From: an uncultured virus (IMG/VR IMGVR_UViG_3300030044_000019)
Lineage: Duplodnaviria > Heunggongvirae > Uroviricota > Caudoviricetes
Virus record (IMG/VR): IMGVR_UViG_3300030044_000019
Span: 51,650-71,649 of that record
Length of the DNA: 20,000 nt
Reading direction: 5' to 3' (one strand)
Below, one piece after another: positions 14,777 through 20,000 of the stretch. Numbering within the stretch: position 1 is the stretch's first letter; each line of letters opens with the position of its first letter. The position numbers were made by a program, and so were the translations under genes. A model generated the notes under the pieces. The model did not search any database. It was not told where the DNA came from and saw only the letters and a list, made by a program, of their open reading frames with translations.

Positions 14777-14801
14777 GCCCAAGGCTTCACTGACCTTGGG
14801 C
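14777..14801. other. GC-rich hairpin, possible terminator
   Basis: GCCCAAGG-N9-CCTTGGGC; only a weak T-tract. Confidence 0.45.
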
Positions 14802-15446
14802 ATTGTTGCGTCTAGTGTCTGCCATTTAAACATAACACAAAACTTTAGTCAACTATAGATACTGTGTCATTTTCTACATAGGATACGTTCTCTTATTTTG
14901 TATCCTACTGAATTCAATCAAATCAATGAGTTATAAAAACCAAGTTCGGCGTATGTGGGTTATCGTCGATTGTTAACAAAGCTCAACATGGTGCAAGCGT
15001 CGTATGGGTGCATGAGTGTAGTGGCTACATTGCCCTTAGCGAACCAATGGAAACGCAATGGCGGTCAATTATGCGCGTCCTATAGGGAATGGCGTAGCGT
15101 AGTAGGGATGCGTTAGGAATGACACAGATTGATTGTATGGTTAGTAGTCGTTCGAGTGTCTAATTGACCTAGTGGTGGGTGTAATAAAACCGGGTGTGTC
15201 GTCTAGTTTATGTGCATAAACCCAATAGAGTAGCAAATACGTGTAGTTACGCCGAAGGCCCCTCAAAAAGTCCTATGTATGGGTAATTACTCAGAAATTG
15301 GTCGAACCGGGGAATTGAGTCATTACAATAGGTTAACCCCAATATAGTTGCCCATGCAAAAACTCAAAAAATAATTTCTAAAATTCTAATGCCTTATATG
15401 ACACCCTCTTAAAATTTTCCCAGAAATTTTTCTCCAATATTTTCAC

Positions 15447-15785
15447 CTACTTATACAAACTCCCCTTCAACTTCCCCACAAACTGTTGCTCAGCTAGACC
15501 CCCAATTTGGTATTCTTCCAGCCAATCAATGTCCTTCCGATCTGAAAAGAACACTTCACATAAACCAGAAGGATAGACTTGAAGTTCCAAATGGTTGTTG
15601 TTATTGGGAAAATCCCAACTAAAGCATACCACATCGTCTTCGGTGACACAGCAGTCTGGCACGATGGTTATTCCCAAGACCTTTCTAAATTCTTCAAAAG
15701 CCTTTTCAAAATGAGGATTGGTAACGCCGCAATTCTCTCTCAAATTGACGAAATACTTAGCTATTTTTTCTTCTCTATTTTCCAT
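15447..15785 (-). CDS. hypothetical protein (start uncertain, up to 15812)
   Basis: ORF track; P.....D..V.FSW......LEL pattern. Confidence 0.7.
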   Translation of the reverse strand: MENREEKIAKYFVNLRENCGVTNPHFEKAFEEFRKVLGITIVPDCCVTEDDVVCFSWDFPNNNNHLELQVYPSGLCEVFFSDRKDIDWLEEYQIGGLAEQQFVGKLKGSLYK

Positions 15786-16032
15786 GCGACTCAACCTGTT
15801 CATTAATTTCAAAAGGCCATTTTTCGAATTGTGATTCCATCCAATGACAGGACAGCACTTTCATATTTTTACGCCCCAGTTTTTGTCCTTGGCAGTCGAT
15901 TGCTTCCAAGGTTATTTGTGAAACACCCTTATAGGTTTCCCAATCGACAACCCTCCATAGTGGATCAGAGCTGTATCCTTGCGCAAAAACCTCACCCTTG
16001 GCAATACTGGTAGAGTATGGTGTTATTCTCAT
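15775..16032 (-). CDS. hypothetical protein
   Basis: 85 aa; AGGAGG SD; ATGA overlap. Confidence 0.7.
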   Translation of the reverse strand: MRITPYSTSIAKGEVFAQGYSSDPLWRVVDWETYKGVSQITLEAIDCQGQKLGRKNMKVLSCHWMESQFEKWPFEINEQVESHGK

Positions 16033-16238
16033 ACGAACTCCTCCTTATGGTCCCACTCACACCCATCCAAATGCTCCAAGAACCCCTCCTGGGAGAACTT
16101 TGCCCCACAATATCCACAGATGTAGTAATCTGGAGTTCCGAAGTTGGCTTGGTTCTGGATAACGGCTTTCTCTAGGCAGTCCTCGCATACTCCGGCGACT
16201 TCTGTTTGGCAGGTAGGACAAAGATGGGTTTTACTCAT
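16029..16238 (-). CDS. small zinc-binding protein
   Basis: CPTC..CEDC..CGYC..HLDGC. Confidence 0.7.
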   Translation of the reverse strand: MSKTHLCPTCQTEVAGVCEDCLEKAVIQNQANFGTPDYYICGYCGAKFSQEGFLEHLDGCEWDHKEEFV

Positions 16239-16486
16239 TTTTGAGCACCCTTATGTAAGCCCCAAAGTTCACTTTCCTTAATCAAAACGTTGATGCTATT
16301 GCAATTCGTGAAAGTAATAAGATATTTATTTTCATATTCCATACCGCTCTGGAGTATTCCGTATACATAACCTTCACAGCTTTGGTAAAAACCGGCTGTA
16401 ACAAAAACATTTTCACCGTAATGAAACTTAGGCTCATTACCAGAGCATCCGGCTAACAAAAAGCTAAGTAAAATTAAGTATTTCAT
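16235..16486 (-). CDS. small lipoprotein, KOW/SH3-like
   Basis: MKYLILLSFLLAGC lipobox; GGAGG SD. Confidence 0.75.
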   Translation of the reverse strand: MKYLILLSFLLAGCSGNEPKFHYGENVFVTAGFYQSCEGYVYGILQSGMEYENKYLITFTNCNSINVLIKESELWGLHKGAQK

Positions 16487-16646
16487 TTTTATCCTCCGTG
16501 AACCTTACATTTTCTCGTAAACGCTGGACCTTCCCCACACTCGCAGAATCCCTCCTGAGCCATCCCCGGCCTGAGAGGGGAATATGTGGGTCCGGTGAAA
16601 ACCGTATTTTCTTCTTTCCCCAACACTTACTCACCTTCATCTTCAT
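16464..16646 (-). CDS. hypothetical protein
   Basis: 60 aa ORF filling the gap. Confidence 0.45.
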   Translation of the reverse strand: MKMKVSKCWGKKKIRFSPDPHIPLSGRGWLRRDSASVGKVQRLRENVRFTEDKNEILNFT

Positions 16647-17052
16647 CTTCTCCCCATCCCTGGTTAGGATCGCTTTCCGACCGGGTTGTAGGCAGCAACC
16701 CCAGATAACACCCCTTGTGGTAAGCTGCTATCCCACTTCTAAGGTCGTATCCATGCATCAATTCACAAACTCTTTCCCAAACTAGATCCCAGTGGCCCTC
16801 ACCCTCCATCCTTTTCTCACGCATTGGAATCTGTGGAGTTGGATCTTCCCAGTTCTGGCTTTCAGAATCTTCTGCCTTTTCTAGGATAGAGTAGCCTTCA
16901 ACAAAGCACGATCCGTAGGAGTTATATTGACCTTCCATTTTTTGAACAACTTCGCCGTCTTTCAATAGGAACAAAAGACACTCGTCCCCTGAAAAGCTAG
17001 TTGATTTGATCCCCTTATCACATTCTTTACATAGCCAACTAAAACAACCCAT
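16627..17052 (-). CDS. conserved phage hypothetical protein
   Basis: MGCFSW.C..C...Y..YG...H..C...S..DPNQGWG pattern; GGAG SD. Confidence 0.8.
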   Translation of the reverse strand: MGCFSWLCKECDKGIKSTSFSGDECLLFLLKDGEVVQKMEGQYNSYGSCFVEGYSILEKAEDSESQNWEDPTPQIPMREKRMEGEGHWDLVWERVCELMHGYDLRSGIAAYHKGCYLGLLPTTRSESDPNQGWGEDEDEGE

Positions 17053-17107
17053 TATTTATCTCCAATAAGGCCCAAGGCGAGCCAGCAGTTAAGTGTTGTT
17101 GATCGAA

Positions 17108-17368
17108 TTAGTCTGTCTTTTCTTCCGGATACTCTACTTCATATTCCAAGTCGTTTATCCTCTGACCCATCCATCTGATTTTAACCCCTAGAATTGAATT
17201 TACCTCTCTAGCGTCTTCCAGTTCCTTTAGCCAGCAAGCTAGAAGCCTACAGAACATGTCCATTTCCAAGTTATCATATGGGGGCCAATTGCCTCGTCTG
17301 AACTGCTCTATACAATCGCTCAAAAGATAGGGGTTAAGTGGCGGACCACATTTGATTGGATTAGTCAT
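17108..17368 (-). CDS. hypothetical protein
   Basis: 86 aa; TAATG overlap. Confidence 0.7.
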   Translation of the reverse strand: MTNPIKCGPPLNPYLLSDCIEQFRRGNWPPYDNLEMDMFCRLLACWLKELEDAREVNSILGVKIRWMGQRINDLEYEVEYPEEKTD

Positions 17369-17547
17369 TAGGTCCCTGCCCGGTCATAGCAAAAGCCCAA
17401 AAAGTAAGAAAGCACAATGACACACAAAGGTATTCCTAAAATAGGATGATTGTAGAGCAAATATACCAAAGCTAATGTGAAAAATATCAGAAGTCCTATT
17501 GCTATCAGTGCACCTAAGCCGAACTCGAATCTTTCTAAATGTTTCAT
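17368..17547 (-). CDS. small two-helix membrane protein (59 aa)
   Basis: Read by hand: MKHLERFEFGLGALIAIGLLIFFTLALVYLLYNHPILGIPLCVIVLSYFLGFCYDRAGT. Confidence 0.7.
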   Translation of the reverse strand: MKHLERFEFGLGALIAIGLLIFFTLALVYLLYNHPILGIPLCVIVLSYFLGFCYDRAGT

Positions 17548-17548
17548 A

Positions 17549-17767
17549 TTACAAGTTATCCAGTTCTAACAGAGCTTGTGTGATCAACTCTCTATTTTTC
17601 CCACTTTCAATTAGCAGTGTCCTAACAATATCTTTTATAGAACCGTATTCCATGGCCGTCAAAATAAGTTCCTCAGTATCCATACCTCCAGACACTTCTA
17701 GAACCATTCCGTAAGCCCCCGAACGCTTGGTTGTGATGCCATCTATATAATCGAATTGTAGTTTCAT
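17549..17767 (-). CDS. hypothetical protein
   Basis: ATGA overlap at 17764-17767. Confidence 0.7.
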   Translation of the reverse strand: MKLQFDYIDGITTKRSGAYGMVLEVSGGMDTEELILTAMEYGSIKDIVRTLLIESGKNRELITQALLELDNL

Positions 17768-18006
17768 TCTTCTTCCCTCACAGTTATCAGCACTTTCGTA
17801 CTTAAGCAATCCCCATATTCGTCTATTCCTGGATATGTCACGGCTATTTGCTTTCTTGATAAATGTATTTGTCTAAGAATATTGTAAAACTCTTCTTTTT
17901 GACTTTCATCAATAGAGCCGAATAGTTCCAACTTGAAAAAGTGTTTATAGGGAGATGTTTTACTATCCGTAAGACTTAGACTTTTGATCATTCCTGTGAC
18001 TTTCAT
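17764..18006 (-). CDS. hypothetical protein
   Basis: 80 aa; ATGA overlap. Confidence 0.7.
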   Translation of the reverse strand: MKVTGMIKSLSLTDSKTSPYKHFFKLELFGSIDESQKEEFYNILRQIHLSRKQIAVTYPGIDEYGDCLSTKVLITVREEE

Positions 18007-18257
18007 TCTTCATACCCCTCACGTACATAAGTAGCTGGAAAAGCCCCTCTAGTATTCTTATCGGCCAGAGCATACCAACACGCGTAGCCATCTTTGGGAA
18101 TGGCTTTAAACCACAAGTGTTCGGGCTTGCCCATAGGCCAATTAGGATAAGCTTTGTGGCACGCTTCCATAAACTCTTTAAGAGGGTGATGACCTTTAGA
18201 CATGAGGATATAGTCGTCTTCTCCAACATTTTCTATTTTGAGAGGGTAGGTTTTCAT
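18003..18257 (-). CDS. hypothetical phage protein
   Basis: 84 aa; GGAGG SD; MSKGHH....F...GAFPAT pattern. Confidence 0.75.
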   Translation of the reverse strand: MKTYPLKIENVGEDDYILMSKGHHPLKEFMEACHKAYPNWPMGKPEHLWFKAIPKDGYACWYALADKNTRGAFPATYVREGYEE

Positions 18258-18258
18258 C

Positions 18259-18480
18259 TCACACCTCCCACGTATTATCCACTACACCAGCCGAAGCTAG
18301 CTCAATCATCAATCCAGTACCGTTATGTAGTCCTCTTACAGCCTCTTCAAAAGTCATGTAACTAGCCCAAGTTCTAGCACTATACCCGCAATCAATTTGG
18401 ATATGCTCCATTATGACGTAAGGACCGCCATAGTGCAAGTTTCGATTGTCAAAGTGAATCGCATACTTTGGGTGGGTCAT
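18259..18480 (-). CDS. hypothetical protein
   Basis: 73 aa; ATGA overlap. Confidence 0.7.
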   Translation of the reverse strand: MTHPKYAIHFDNRNLHYGGPYVIMEHIQIDCGYSARTWASYMTFEEAVRGLHNGTGLMIELASAGVVDNTWEV

Positions 18481-18641
18481 TCGGCACTCTTCTTAAATTT
18501 CAAACAATGTTTGCAGGTTACATTCGACCAATAGGTGGCCATTTGAACTTTACGAGTTAGAGAATAGCAGTCTTCTACGTATGCACCGCAATAGCTCCAC
18601 CACTCCGGATATACCCCAAATCGAAATTTATGAATTTTCAT
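18477..18641 (-). CDS. small Cys/His protein (H...CG...VTCKHC)
   Basis: ATGA overlap at 18638-18641; GGGAG SD. Confidence 0.65.
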   Translation of the reverse strand: MKIHKFRFGVYPEWWSYCGAYVEDCYSLTRKVQMATYWSNVTCKHCLKFKKSAE

Positions 18642-19117
18642 CCCGGCTCCCACCCTTCTTTTGGGTCCATGTGTGGAATACGTATCCATTTGCAACCTTC
18701 TTTAAACTCTTCATCTGCCGGAAATAATCTAATTTCATTGATCTGGTTTCCGCAATTCATCCCCCACGCCAACCACCTTACCTTGGGCTTAGGTTCTTCC
18801 CACTCCTTTTCGGTGAGGTCCAGATCGTATGGTACTGTTGGAATGGAGTTATAATGACCACGGGATGTCCACGTAGCCGTATCCCATCCTCCATGGATGT
18901 CTAAATATGCTCCATGAATCGTAAAAGATCCTGGTAGATCTATCGCGTATATCCTTGCGCGAGCACCGCTTGTTGTAAAGTAGTCTTTGCCTGGAACCCA
19001 TTTAGGTTTCATAGTATCCATCTCCTCAACGCATACATTGCATGGCAGCAAAAGTCCTTGGGATCGTCCGCAATCTTGGGTTACACAAACGTGATGTTTA
19101 CAATCGTAATGTGTCAT
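18638..19117 (-). CDS. hypothetical protein
   Basis: 159 aa; T.SG.RARIYA.D....IHGA...W...G...YDL pattern. Confidence 0.75.
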   Translation of the reverse strand: MTHYDCKHHVCVTQDCGRSQGLLLPCNVCVEEMDTMKPKWVPGKDYFTTSGARARIYAIDLPGSFTIHGAYLDIHGGWDTATWTSRGHYNSIPTVPYDLDLTEKEWEEPKPKVRWLAWGMNCGNQINEIRLFPADEEFKEGCKWIRIPHMDPKEGWEPG

Positions 19118-19148
19118 ACTCCAACTCTATCCTTATAGTTATAAAAAG

Positions 19149-19601
19149 TCAAGCATTCATTTTAGTAGCTTGCTCTTTAAGCATTTTTACTTTTTCATCA
19201 TGTTCTGCAGTCCACTCGTGCAAAGTTTTCTGGTCGAACTTCGCGTAGGAGCGAATGTATTCAGCTTCTGATAGATCGTCACTCTGACTTACTCGAAGAT
19301 TAAATTGCCATATCAAACTTTTGCAATACCCAATGAGTTTATTCATGTGAGGAAGATTTGGAAATTCGTTTATGTTTAAATCGCCCAAAATAATCGCTTG
19401 ATCGACATAAATTTTCGCTATGGCTTCATCTTCTTTAGCTTCTTTAGATAGACTGTATCCTTCGTATTCTTGAATCTTACCCCACATTTCTTTAGCGATC
19501 TCACCTTGAATATCTACAACAGAGAAAGTTCCCAAAGGGCGTCCCCACCGATCAGTATCTTCTACAATATAAGGCATTTTAGCTATTCTTATCATTTCCA
19601 C
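19149..19601 (-). CDS. hypothetical protein
   Basis: 150 aa ORF. Confidence 0.75.
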   Translation of the reverse strand: MEMIRIAKMPYIVEDTDRWGRPLGTFSVVDIQGEIAKEMWGKIQEYEGYSLSKEAKEDEAIAKIYVDQAIILGDLNINEFPNLPHMNKLIGYCKSLIWQFNLRVSQSDDLSEAEYIRSYAKFDQKTLHEWTAEHDEKVKMLKEQATKMNA

Positions 19602-19942
19602 ATCCCCTTATTCCGTTTAGTTACTGAACTCCTGTTCAACCACATAAAACCCAAGTACTTAGGATAGCTGGTGAATTTGATTACCATCCCTTTACCTCGG
19701 AATTCTACTATAGACGCGTGTAATTGCGAGTCTGTATCATGACTAAAGAAAGATCCAGCCCACGTTGGATTACGAGGGTCCCATGAAATGGATTGAAATT
19801 GTTTAATAAAGTCCTTGTAGGAGCCGTAGTCCCAAGCAGTAGTTTCAGTTATGGTCATACTTCTATGTACAAGATAGCTGATACCGTAAAATATTGAAAA
19901 AACAAGAACGAATAGCGTCAATATAAAATATAAAAGTTCCAT
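19592..19942 (-). CDS. membrane-anchored hypothetical protein
   Basis: N-terminal hydrophobic helix; AGGAG SD. Confidence 0.7.
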   Translation of the reverse strand: MELLYFILTLFVLVFSIFYGISYLVHRSMTITETTAWDYGSYKDFIKQFQSISWDPRNPTWAGSFFSHDTDSQLHASIVEFRGKGMVIKFTSYPKYLGFMWLNRSSVTKRNKGMWK

Positions 19943-20000
19943 AATTACACCAACTCCTTTATATATGAGACGAGGTCGGGCGCTACTCCGACTAGAGGAC

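Larger units (their letters stand above)
14403..15446. other. non-coding block: putative genome terminus/packaging or origin region
   Basis: No ORF >=60 aa; 10-bp tandem repeat, IHF-consensus sites, inverted repeats, A/T tracts. Confidence 0.5.

Noticed and set aside
17368..17547. Small two-helix protein as a holin
   Set aside because: No endolysin or spanin nearby; topology alone is insufficient
1567..18229. Minus-strand alternative-frame ORFs 1567-1809, 10050-10322 and 17963-18229
   Set aside because: Nested within better-supported genes on the same strand
487..19667. All plus-strand ORFs in the track
   Set aside because: They are antisense shadows of well-supported minus-strand genes, without convincing SDs or motifs
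19966..20000. Possible 3' end of another tRNA on the minus strand (GTCGG/CCGAC stem)
   Set aside because: Truncated by the window edge, 8-nt loop lacking TTC, no CCA; cannot be supported

Overview
Bacteriophage DNA. About 55 mostly small genes are tightly packed and all on the minus strand, split by a ~1 kb non-coding block (14403-15446) that looks like a genome terminus, packaging site or origin. The left block (1-14400) reads as an early/host-takeover region. It encodes a T3-type SAM lyase, an ArdC-type zincin domain, an acidic DNA-mimic candidate, a degenerate methyltransferase-fold protein, a type IV prepilin-like protein, lipoproteins (a metzincin protease and a collagen-like protein), a small outer-membrane protein, an HNH protein, a minimal tyrosine recombinase and an atypical tRNA-Ile(UAU). 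The most striking signal is regulatory, with two interleaved families of intergenic elements. (A) Eight sigma-54 (-24/-12, GG-N10-GC) promoters, each with a pair of Fis/NtrC-like G-N13-C boxes 18-19 bp apart and, in several, an IHF-like site at a fixed position. (B) Seven copies of a 49-bp bipartite element of exactly fixed spacing, directly upstream of RBSs or the tRNA, flanking single genes like cassettes. I saw neither family in the right block (15447-20000). A sigma54-rich Gram-negative host (Bdellovibrionota/deltaproteobacteria-like) is inferred, not shown. Protein calls come from recognising motifs by eye, not from database searches.
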